This document shows, in pieces, positions 1 through 8,377 of a DNA stretch of 44,635 bases; the stretch's first letter is position 1; each line of letters opens with the position of its first letter. Source of the stretch: an uncultured archaeon (GTDB taxonomy: Archaea; Iainarchaeota; Iainarchaeia; Iainarchaeales; JAAZKV01); the NCBI GenBank assembly GCA_964550725.1, contig CAZKAC010000033.1, positions 1-44,635 of the forward strand, in the 5' to 3' direction. The position numbers and the translations under genes were made by a program. The notes beneath the pieces were generated by a model, which did not search any database, was not told the DNA's origin, and worked only from the letters and a program-made list of their open reading frames with translations.

Positions 1-120
1 GATTATGTTACAGAACAAGATGGAAACTTTTTCCAATATAGAAAAATATTAACAACAACAGACACAAACACAAGCCCATACTTACTAGACTATAACATCA
101 CACTAGCAAATTATGATTAA
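1..120 (+). CDS. C-terminal fragment of a CDS cut by the window edge (39 codons then TAA). It is Thr/Asn-rich and possibly extracellular.
   Basis: Frame 1 is open from nt 1 to TAA at 118-120 and reads DYVTEQDGNFFQYRKILTTTDTNTSPYLLDYNITLANYD*. It is too short for the ORF track. No family recognised. Confidence 0.3.
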   Translation, partial: DYVTEQDGNFFQYRKILTTTDTNTSPYLLDYNITLANYD

Positions 121-387
121 TAAATAGGATTAATAAAAAAAATTAAACTTACAAATTATAGTTAATAAAAAATAAACTAATTAGATTATAATTAATTAAT
201 ATTTTTAAAAGTAAAAAAAATATGAAATTGTTAAGTGTGTAAGAATTACTAATTAATCAAAAAATTAATAATAATTTGAATAATTTATTCACGAAAGCCT
301 TAAATACAACAAAGGAATAATCTATTAGAAAAAGAAATAATCTTTTACCTTGATTTTTTTGGGGTAAAAAATTTTGGAGGCTAAAAA

Positions 388-858
388 ATGATTCCAGAGG
401 CAGAATATATACGAAAAGAATTTACGATACGACAAATGGATTTACCTGACTCAGTTAAACTTACAAAAAAATCTTTGTTAAGGTGGTGTTGTCTATCCCT
501 TGGACTCCTTTCTCCTAATGAAAGTAGAGACAAAGCGTTATTAGTTTATGATTCTTTATTTGCTTATTTATTTAAGAAAAAACAATCTCCAACAACTCTT
601 GATTTACAAGAATTTATTAAAGAAAAATCTTCTATTGAAATGAGCGAAAAATTAATTCGCTACCACTTAAACAGATTAATTGATTTGGGAATAATTGTCA
701 GAGACAAAACCAAGTATAAAGTAAATCCTTCTCCTGATTCAGAAAAAAGAAATTCAATTTCAGAATCATTTTCAGCATGGGTAAAAGAACCAACACAAAA
801 AGAATTAAACAAAGTTTCTCTTTCATTAGAAAAACTGCAGGAACTTTATACAAAATAA
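388..858 (+). CDS. Hypothetical protein with a probable winged helix-turn-helix (MarR/ArsR-like) DNA-binding region
   Basis: 156-aa ORF. ATG is preceded by GGAGG (tttggaggctaaaaaATG). The segment EKLIRYHLNRLIDLGIIVRDKTKYKVNP looks like a wHTH recognition helix plus wing. Confidence 0.55.
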   Translation: MIPEAEYIRKEFTIRQMDLPDSVKLTKKSLLRWCCLSLGLLSPNESRDKALLVYDSLFAYLFKKKQSPTTLDLQEFIKEKSSIEMSEKLIRYHLNRLIDLGIIVRDKTKYKVNPSPDSEKRNSISESFSAWVKEPTQKELNKVSLSLEKLQELYTK

Positions 859-921
859 AAGTATTTTATAATTAAAATTAATTCAATTAAAATAATAACC
901 TTTAATTTATAACTAATTAAT

Positions 922-2835
922 TTAAATTAATCTAATTGAATCTAACAATCGTATTGATGTTGTGTTTATTTGAAATTTGTGTGCTAGGTATTTAGAAAAT
1001 TCAATACTTCTTGCGGGTGCTCCGTGATTTACTAAAATTCTTTTTGGTTTTGGTTTTAGTGATCCGACATAATTCACTAGTTGGTTAAAATCTGAGTGTC
1101 CTGAAAATCCATCTAAATTTTCAATTTTCATTTTAACATCAAGTCTTCGTGTTTTTCCTTTATCAGTTATTGGTAATGTTTTTAGCCCCTGTTGCAAATG
1201 TCTCCCCAAAGTTCCTTCAGCCATATATCCTACAATGAGTAAAGTGTTTGCTTGGTTTTCAGCCATTTTATAAAAATAATCTAGTACTGGCCCCCCTTGC
1301 ATCATTCCACTAGTGGTAACTATTATTGCTCCTCCATCTTTTAATATTTTGTCTCTATCTTCACGAGTAGCAGTATTAAATGCTGGACAATCAAAAGGAC
1401 TGTCATTATTTAAAATTCTTCTTTCAAGAGTTTGTCGCATATATTCAGGATACGCTGTATGTATTGCACTTGCTTCCCTAACCATTCCATCAAAATAAAT
1501 TTTATTTTTTTCACCCAATAATCCTTGTTTGTAAAAATTTTCCAAAACAAGTGCTAATTCTTGACCTCTTCCAACTCCAAAAACAGGAACTAATATGTTT
1601 CCACCAAACTGAGTGGTTTCTTGAATTATTTCTAAAAATTTTTGTTCTGTTTCTGTTCTTGATGTTTGGAGTGCATCTTTTGCACCATAAGTACTTTCAA
1701 TAATCATTGTTTCTATTCGTGGATACTTAATGTCAATATTATCAAATAATCTAGTAAATCCATATTTTATATCTCCTGTGTAAACAAGATTGTGTGCACC
1801 TTCTGCAATATTTAAGTGTACTGATGCTGAACCTAAAATGTGCGCTGCATTATGAAAAGTCATTCTAATGTCTGGCGCAATATCAGTTACTTCTCTATAA
1901 TCTCTAGGAATTGTATGAAGCAAAGCATTCTTTACATCTGCTTCAGTATATAATGGTTCAATATCATTTGAAATTGAAACATTGATATAATCAAATTGTA
2001 ACAGAGTCATTAAATCTCTTGTAGGCATTGTTGAATAAATTGGTCCATCAAAACCATATCGATACAAATAAGGAATCATTCCAGAGTGATCAGAATGTGC
2101 ATGTGTAACAATCAACGCATCAAGTTCACTTAATGGAAAATTTAATGAATCAATATAAGGAAGAACGTCGTTTCCAGATTGATTCAATCCCGCATCCATC
2201 AATAATTTTGTTTGTTCAGTATCCACATAAACACTACTTCTTCCAACTTCTCTAAACCCACCAAGAGCAGTTATTCTTGCCCAATTGTGTTGTGAAGTGC
2301 TTTTTGGAGAATAAATTTCTTCTCCAACTTTTAATAAGAATTTTTTTCTTTCATCAGCATTTTTATATAAATAACTTCTAATTTTTCTAAGAATTTCTGA
2401 ATTTGATGTGGGCGCACGCAAAATGTTTGGAGTCCAACCTGTTTGAAGCATTATTCTCTTTGATAATTCTCCACCCTTTCCAATAACAAGTCCTTTTTTT
2501 ACCGCTTCAATTACAACTTCAGAAAATGCATCATTAAAATAAATTTCTTTTACTTCAGCATCTTCAGGAATCATTGCGAGAATTTCTTTCTTTGCTTGTT
2601 CTTTTCCTGCAAATAAACTTTTGTCAGTTCTAATATTAACTCTTTTTTTTAATTCAAAAGCGGTTTTTGAAACATAATTATCTGGTCCAAAAAATTCTCC
2701 AGGATTTTTTGTATAAATTACTACTTCAGGTCCTTCAATTTCTACTTTTGTCACTCCGCACTTATCAGGAATTGTTTTTTTTATTATTTCTTTTATTTGT
2801 TTTAACATATCTATTTCTTGTACCACAATCATCAC
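922..2835 (-). CDS. fttA: Archaeal CPSF1 / FttA: KH-domain beta-CASP metallo-beta-lactamase ribonuclease (transcription termination factor)
   Basis: 637 aa. N-terminal KH-like GxxG (LVIGKGGELSKRI), metallo-beta-lactamase motif HAHSDHSG, and a beta-CASP C-terminal part (DGFSGHSD, VNHG). The first codon of the track ORF is GTG followed by ATG at 2832, so the exact start is uncertain by a few codons. Confidence 0.93.
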   Translation of the reverse strand: MMIVVQEIDMLKQIKEIIKKTIPDKCGVTKVEIEGPEVVIYTKNPGEFFGPDNYVSKTAFELKKRVNIRTDKSLFAGKEQAKKEILAMIPEDAEVKEIYFNDAFSEVVIEAVKKGLVIGKGGELSKRIMLQTGWTPNILRAPTSNSEILRKIRSYLYKNADERKKFLLKVGEEIYSPKSTSQHNWARITALGGFREVGRSSVYVDTEQTKLLMDAGLNQSGNDVLPYIDSLNFPLSELDALIVTHAHSDHSGMIPYLYRYGFDGPIYSTMPTRDLMTLLQFDYINVSISNDIEPLYTEADVKNALLHTIPRDYREVTDIAPDIRMTFHNAAHILGSASVHLNIAEGAHNLVYTGDIKYGFTRLFDNIDIKYPRIETMIIESTYGAKDALQTSRTETEQKFLEIIQETTQFGGNILVPVFGVGRGQELALVLENFYKQGLLGEKNKIYFDGMVREASAIHTAYPEYMRQTLERRILNNDSPFDCPAFNTATREDRDKILKDGGAIIVTTSGMMQGGPVLDYFYKMAENQANTLLIVGYMAEGTLGRHLQQGLKTLPITDKGKTRRLDVKMKIENLDGFSGHSDFNQLVNYVGSLKPKPKRILVNHGAPARSIEFSKYLAHKFQINTTSIRLLDSIRLI

Positions 2836-2953
2836 TTTTTTATATTTTATTTTTTTAATTTAACTACTTTTTAGTTTTTTTATTTGTTAATTAAAATCTT
2901 TTAAATAAGGCAATTAACTACAATTAATTTATTTTTTAAAAGGGGATTTTTTT

Positions 2954-3682
2954 TTAATTGAATTTTATTTTTGCAATTATTTTATCAATTTGAGAACGAT
3001 TAATTTCTCGATAACCATTTTTGTCAATTACTACAACGGTTACGCTTTCTCCACCACTATAAATATCTCTGTGTTTTGCTGCACTAACAGCTTTTACTGC
3101 CAATGCTATTGCTTCATCTTCATTCATTTCTTTTTTGTAAGCATTGTCAAGTGTTGTCATTGCAAATGTTGTTCCTGAACCAGTAATAGCATAATCTTTT
3201 TTTGTTGTCACACACCCAAAAGGAGTTAATTCAAACAATTCAGGCTTATTATTTATTCCCCCAAGAATTGGTTGAAAAACAAAAGGATAATACCTATTAC
3301 CATTCAATACATTTGATAATAATGATGCCATTGCATTAGGAGTCATTTTTGTATCTCTTTCAATTTCATACAAATTTGCTTGTGCACGCATAAATCTAAT
3401 CAATGCTAACGAATCACCTACTGCACCTGCAGTCGTAACCCCAATATTACTAGTAATTTTGTATACTTTGGGCATGTCTTTCTCAGCAATATTTCCTAGC
3501 GTTGCTCTTTGATCAGCAGCTAGTATAACTCCATCTTTGTAAATTATTCCCACAGTAGTAGTTCCTGTCTTTTTATCTTCTAATTCAAGTTTATGTTTTA
3601 CTGGACCTATTGATGCATTAAACATAGTCCTTTCACTAATCAGACTTATTGGTAATCCTTCAACTTCTTTAAAATGATTCAT
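2954..3682 (-). CDS. psmB: Proteasome subunit beta (with propeptide)
   Basis: A ~40-aa propeptide ends in G|TTTVGIIYKDGVILAADQRAT (Ntn-hydrolase Thr1). ITGSGTTFA motif present. Length 242 aa. Confidence 0.93.
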   Translation of the reverse strand: MNHFKEVEGLPISLISERTMFNASIGPVKHKLELEDKKTGTTTVGIIYKDGVILAADQRATLGNIAEKDMPKVYKITSNIGVTTAGAVGDSLALIRFMRAQANLYEIERDTKMTPNAMASLLSNVLNGNRYYPFVFQPILGGINNKPELFELTPFGCVTTKKDYAITGSGTTFAMTTLDNAYKKEMNEDEAIALAVKAVSAAKHRDIYSGGESVTVVVIDKNGYREINRSQIDKIIAKIKFN

Positions 3683-3839
3683 TTAACCACGATATATTTA
3701 TTCCACAAATAGATTTGTGAGCCATTAATACAAATTATTCTCATCACAAATCTTTATAAATCTTGTTTGTTTAGTTTTAAAAACTATTTTTCAAAAAACA
3801 ATTTATTTACTCAACTATTATTTTTTTGATTCTTGTTTT

Positions 3840-4622
3840 TTAATCATTATTTTTTAATTCTTGAGAAGATTTAACTTTTTCTTCATTATTATCTTTTGAT
3901 TTTTTTGTTTTATCTTCTTTAAATAAAATTTTTATCCCTAATTCTTTTCCAAGTATTTCTATTGCATCATTTATTCTTTTTAAATTTTTAAAAGAATCAG
4001 AAGAAAGCGTTATGTATAATTCATCTTTTTTTATTTCTTTTTTTGCACCTGGGATTGATGAATAATATTTATTAAATATTTCTTGAGCAATTTCTTTTTT
4101 ATCATTTATATCTTCTTCTATTTTTATTTCATATTCAATTTCTCGTCCAGATAATGGATGATTAAAATCTACTCTTACTCTTCCTCCACTTACACTTTGT
4201 ACTTTTCCTGTTTGCATATGTCCATTCATTTCACCACGTATAATTAATCCAGGAACGGGATTTATTTTTTGATCAATAAAACTTTTAAGAGGCATAACTA
4301 TTACAAATCGAGAATCTCTTTCTCCAAATGCTTCTTTTGCTGATAAATTAACTATTTTTTTATCACCAGTTTTCATTATTTGTAATTCTTTTTCTACTTT
4401 TGGAAGCATTTCCATTTCTCCCAAAACAATTGTTATCGGACCATATTTTCTTTTTTCATCAAATATACCAAACTTTTTTGCTTCATCTAAATGAGTAGTA
4501 TCAAAGACTCTACCCTCTAATAATTCTTTTCCTGTAAAACTAACCTTCACCATTCTTTTTTTTATTTCTTTTTTTACTTCATCCATTATTTTTTTTGTTG
4601 TTTTAGCTTTTTTTTCAACCAT
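3840..4622 (-). CDS. FKBP-type peptidyl-prolyl cis-trans isomerase (archaeal long / SlyD-like type) with Lys-rich tails
   Basis: VKVSFTGKELLEGRVFDTT and VRVDFNHPLSGREIEYEIKI are typical FKBP core strands, with an insert-in-flap-like segment between them. Confidence 0.8.
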   Translation of the reverse strand: MVEKKAKTTKKIMDEVKKEIKKRMVKVSFTGKELLEGRVFDTTHLDEAKKFGIFDEKRKYGPITIVLGEMEMLPKVEKELQIMKTGDKKIVNLSAKEAFGERDSRFVIVMPLKSFIDQKINPVPGLIIRGEMNGHMQTGKVQSVSGGRVRVDFNHPLSGREIEYEIKIEEDINDKKEIAQEIFNKYYSSIPGAKKEIKKDELYITLSSDSFKNLKRINDAIEILGKELGIKILFKEDKTKKSKDNNEEKVKSSQELKNND

Positions 4623-4740
4623 TCAAAAAACACCTTTCATAAGATTTATTTTAAAAAAAACTGATATACTACAATCAGATAAAAATTATCTATTTAGGAG
4701 TATTTTTAAAGCTTATTAATATGATTTTTATTGAACAATT

Positions 4741-5562
4741 ATGGATAAACAACAAAGTTTAAAGCTTTTAGGAGCAGCAATAGGAATTCTAATGATTACT
4801 AGTATGTTTGCGATGGCATTGCTTTATTCAGACAGAGAAGATGATAGTCAACCAAATTTAAACATTGACCCTAGTTTACAACCAACCACTACAAAATACA
4901 CCGTTAATTTTGATGCAAATGTTTTGAAAGAACTTTCATCATTAAAATTGTTTTCAAAAACTGTTGAGATGGATATTCAAAAAATAGATCGTTCAATAAT
5001 GGCAATTGATGGAATTAGAAATATTCGTTCTAATTTTACTACTCCTGAAGATAAAACATGGATATATACTGCAGAATTAACTATTAAAAAAGATTATTCA
5101 TTAAATGAAATAATTTCAAAAATTCAAGAACTAGAATATTTTGAAGAAATACAACCAGTAAAATATGTTACTATTACTGCACCAAACACTCCAATAATTA
5201 TTACAAACAAAACCCTTGGAATAGACAAAAACTATTCTTTTGAAACAGATACCCTTTCAGCAATTGTAGACATTAATACAATGCCTAAAGATAAAATAAG
5301 TATTTCAGGAAATATGTCATTACAAGGAAACACAATTACTTCACTTGAATTATATGAAATGTTTAATTATAATAATCCCCCTGAATTTGATTTAAATAGT
5401 TTAGTTATTGATACAAATTCTTTAATGAATGATATAGACTCAAATAATCCTAACATAGACTCAAATAATCCTAACATAGACTCAAATGATCCTAACATAG
5501 ACTCAAATGATCCTAACATAGACTCAAATGATCCTAACATAGACTCAAATGATTTTAACTAA
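4741..5562 (+). CDS. N-terminally membrane-anchored protein with a C-terminal heptad tandem repeat (DSN[ND]PNI x6)
   Basis: 273-aa ORF. Single N-terminal hydrophobic helix (LLGAAIGILMITSMFAMALLY). The C-terminus is encoded by a 21-bp tandem repeat. No family recognised. Confidence 0.65.
   Translation: MDKQQSLKLLGAAIGILMITSMFAMALLYSDREDDSQPNLNIDPSLQPTTTKYTVNFDANVLKELSSLKLFSKTVEMDIQKIDRSIMAIDGIRNIRSNFTTPEDKTWIYTAELTIKKDYSLNEIISKIQELEYFEEIQPVKYVTITAPNTPIIITNKTLGIDKNYSFETDTLSAIVDINTMPKDKISISGNMSLQGNTITSLELYEMFNYNNPPEFDLNSLVIDTNSLMNDIDSNNPNIDSNNPNIDSNDPNIDSNDPNIDSNDPNIDSNDFN
5434..5559 (+). repeat. Six tandem copies of a 21-bp unit (atagactcaaatRatcctaac) inside the 3' end of the 4741..5562 CDS
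   Basis: Read directly. Copies start at 5434, 5455, 5476, 5497 and 5518, with a degenerate last copy at 5539. Copies 1-2 carry aat, copies 3-5 gat. The stop codon follows immediately (5560-5562). Confidence 0.95.
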
Positions 5563-5616
5563 AATGACTTGAAATTAATGAATAATTATTATACACTATT
5601 TTTTAATAATTACAAA

Positions 5617-5946
5617 TTATTTGGAGAGTTTTGCTATAGACTCAGCAATATCTCCATCATTTTCTTCAAGAGTTTTTTTAGCTTCTTCTTCTGAAACATT
5701 AGCTTGGTTCGCAACCATTTTTACATCTTCTTCTGGAATCGACGTTTCTTCTTTTGCTTGTCCAGATAAAGTATAGGTTTTTTGTCCTTGCATTTCAATC
5801 ATTTGTACTGAAGGATTTTCAAAAAAAAATTTTTTTCCACTATTTAAAACAATAGTTACTTCTTTAACATCAAGCTCTTCATTTTTGATTCCCATTTGTT
5901 TCATCATTTTTCCCATTTGTCTTGGATTCATTCCACCCGGAAACAT
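5617..5946 (-). CDS. nac: Nascent polypeptide-associated complex protein (archaeal NAC alpha homologue)
   Basis: N-terminus MNPRQMGKMMKQMGI, NAC barrel (VTIVLNSGKKFFFENPSVQMIEMQGQKTY) and a C-terminal UBA-like helix bundle (VSEEEAKKTLEENDGDIAESIAKL). Confidence 0.9.
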   Translation of the reverse strand: MFPGGMNPRQMGKMMKQMGIKNEELDVKEVTIVLNSGKKFFFENPSVQMIEMQGQKTYTLSGQAKEETSIPEEDVKMVANQANVSEEEAKKTLEENDGDIAESIAKLSK

Positions 5947-6055
5947 TCACATCACCAATTATAATAATAATAGTAATCTTTATTTAACTTTTCACAAAAA
6001 TAAGAAAATTTCAACAAAACAACATTTATAAGCATCAATAAGTATTGTTTTTAGT

Positions 6056-6706
6056 ATGTCTGGTAAACAAGGAGTCTTAGCTAATATTTCAGATTTCAAA
6101 AAAAATTTTCCAAACGCTCCAAAAAATGGTGAAAGAATAAATGCTTTAGAACAATATTTTGCAATAGGTGGAGTAATACGTGCACATAAATCAGATAAAG
6201 ATTGGCCAAAAATTACATACCCAAGTTATTTAGTTATTCAAAGAAAACTTTCTGATTTAAAAAATAGTAAACAAATTTATTCCCAAAGATATGCAGCGTG
6301 GAAAAAAAGTTATAATCGCGCATTAAATTACCATAAAAATCATCAAATAAAAAAACTAAAAGAACCATTATATTGGAAACATATGACTCGCATGATGATT
6401 GATTCAGATTATAGAAATGATGCTAATAAAGTTAGTTTACCTGCACATCTTGTATCAGATCCACGATGGAAACCAATGGTAAAAATGTTTGTTACTGATA
6501 TAGAATATAGAAAACAATTAACTGAAACTGTTACCACCTCAATAGTATATAAAAAAAATAAAAAAGTCGCTAAATATGCTGATGAATTAAAAGAATTTAG
6601 AATGAGTGCAAGCAATAAACAAATGGAAGATTTACAAAAAAAACTTGATATCATCGAAAAAACTGAGACTGCTCTTAAAGAATTACAAAAATGGGTAAAA
6701 GAATAA
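6056..6706 (+). CDS. Hypothetical Lys-rich protein with a probable C-terminal coiled coil
   Basis: 216-aa ORF in an AT-rich background. No motif recognised. The C-terminal QMEDLQKKLDIIEKTETALKELQKWVKE is heptad-like. Confidence 0.5.
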   Translation: MSGKQGVLANISDFKKNFPNAPKNGERINALEQYFAIGGVIRAHKSDKDWPKITYPSYLVIQRKLSDLKNSKQIYSQRYAAWKKSYNRALNYHKNHQIKKLKEPLYWKHMTRMMIDSDYRNDANKVSLPAHLVSDPRWKPMVKMFVTDIEYRKQLTETVTTSIVYKKNKKVAKYADELKEFRMSASNKQMEDLQKKLDIIEKTETALKELQKWVKE

Positions 6707-7171
6707 TTCAAAACTAAAAATGTTTCAAAACTAAGAATAACTTCCCCCCCCATAACTCATTTTCAAAAAAAATTTATTTTTCAAACCAATTATTCAACAA
6801 TAATTTCAATTCCTAACAACCACCGGCATGCACGTTCGTTCCTTATTTATAAATAACAAAATGAATATGTATTCAGTTTGATTGGTATCCCCTTTTTTTG
6901 GGGATCCCTTAAAAGGATGTGATAAAATGGTTGAATCAAAATTGTGTAGATTTGTTGAAACAATGGGTAATAGAAAACCAAATTTTTTCTATGTTAGAAT
7001 ATAATTTTTAAAAAAATACAAGGCACAGTTTAAGAATTTGGATAGGTATATAAGAGGTGATTTTTTGGATAAAAATTATTTTACAAATTTAAAAAACGAA
7101 CCCTGGCTAACAGGAAATACTCCTTTAACTCTCAGCCAGAAATTATGTTTATTTTTAAAGGGGGTGTAAAT

Positions 7172-7393
7172 ATGAAACCGATAAAAAAAATAAGTGTTGG
7201 TGGAATAGAAGCTGCTATTTGGGAAAATGCTTCTAAAGAAGGCAATAAATATTTCACAACAACTATGGAAAGAAACTACAAAGATGGTGAAGAGTGGAAA
7301 AAAACAAATTCTTTAAGAACAAGTGACTTACCAAAAGCAATTCTAACACTACAAAAAGCATATGAATTCCAAGCATTAAAAGAAGTTGAATGA
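7172..7393 (+). CDS. Small protein, tentatively a PC4/Sub1/YdbC-like ssDNA-binding fold
   Basis: The ATG at 7172 is preceded by GGGGGTG (aaagggggtgtaaatATG). The track start 7145 adds an unlikely MFIFKGGVN. The pattern ISVGGIEAAIWEN..KYFTTTMERNYKDGEEWKKTNSLRTSDLPKAILTLQKA resembles the strand-strand-helix layout and the E/R-x-Y-x-D-x-GE-W/K-K..SL motif of PC4-like proteins. This is from memory only. Confidence 0.4.
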   Translation: MKPIKKISVGGIEAAIWENASKEGNKYFTTTMERNYKDGEEWKKTNSLRTSDLPKAILTLQKAYEFQALKEVE

Positions 7394-7502
7394 AATAATA
7401 ACCAAAAAATTAGATAAAATACTAGCAAAAATATACTAGTTAATTGTGGATAGGCAACACAAACTATTTATATATTTAGATTTCATTTTTATTAGTGATT
7501 TA

Positions 7503-8312
7503 ATGGAAACTAAAATTTCAATAGTGTATATGGTTGCTGGAATGAGTTCAAGGTTTGGTGGAAAAATAAAGCAGTTTGCTAAAGTTGGCCCAAATGAAGA
7601 AACTTTAATTGAATATTCAATAAACCAAGCAATTAATGCAGGAATAGATAATATTATTTTTATTGTTGGTGAAAAAACTGAAAAACCATTCAGGGAACTA
7701 TTTGGAGATACTTATAAAAAAAAACCAGTGGAATATGCAAAACAAACTTTTGATTCTAACAAAAGAGATAAACCTTGGGGAACTGTTGATGCTTTAATTT
7801 CTGCAAAAAATGTTATTAGTGGCCCTTTTATTGTATGTAATGGAGATGATATTTATGGTGAAAATTCTTTTAGAATACTTATAGATTTTTTAAAAAATGA
7901 TTCTTCTGATTCTGCGACAATTGGATACTTTTTAGGGAAAGTAATTCCTGAAAATGGAAAAACTAATCGAGGAATTTTTGAAATTTTTGGGAATGAAGTT
8001 TTAAAAATAAACGAAGTTTTTGAAATTGAAAAAAATAATTTAGAAGAAAAAAATCTTTCTAAACAAAACATGTGTAGTATGAATCTTTTTGCTCTTCAAA
8101 GTCAAACTCTTAAATATCTTGAAGAAATTCTTGATGAATTTAAAGAAAAACATAAAGGGGATAGAAAAGCAGAATGTTTACTTCCAACTGAATTGAGTAA
8201 ATTGATTGAATGTGGAAAAATAAAAATGAAGATATTTCCAACAAATGATGATTGGTTTGGAGTAACTAATCCAGAAGATGAGGAAAAAATTAAAAATGAA
8301 TTAAAAAAATAA
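7503..8312 (+). CDS. Nucleotidyltransferase (sugar-phosphate NTP-transferase fold, substrate unknown)
   Basis: Gly-rich loop VAGMSSRFGG near the N-terminus, KPWGTVDA and NGDDIYG. The ATG at 7503 is preceded by GTGAT. The track start at 7446 is a non-ATG codon. Confidence 0.7.
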   Translation: METKISIVYMVAGMSSRFGGKIKQFAKVGPNEETLIEYSINQAINAGIDNIIFIVGEKTEKPFRELFGDTYKKKPVEYAKQTFDSNKRDKPWGTVDALISAKNVISGPFIVCNGDDIYGENSFRILIDFLKNDSSDSATIGYFLGKVIPENGKTNRGIFEIFGNEVLKINEVFEIEKNNLEEKNLSKQNMCSMNLFALQSQTLKYLEEILDEFKEKHKGDRKAECLLPTELSKLIECGKIKMKIFPTNDDWFGVTNPEDEEKIKNELKK

Positions 8313-8377
8313 TTATTTTTTTACACCAGCACACACCCCCCCAAATTAATATATACTCTTCTTTGAAAAATATTTTT

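Noticed and set aside
121-387. Repeated gattaataaa / tagttaataaaaa words in the first intergenic region
   Set aside because: These are low-complexity A/T repeats with no consistent period or spacing. They are indistinguishable from background in this composition.
5434-5559. Regular short repeats that could be mistaken for a CRISPR array
   Set aside because: The 21-bp units are directly contiguous with no spacers, in frame, and inside a CDS. No CRISPR-like repeat-spacer structure or cas gene is present anywhere in the window.
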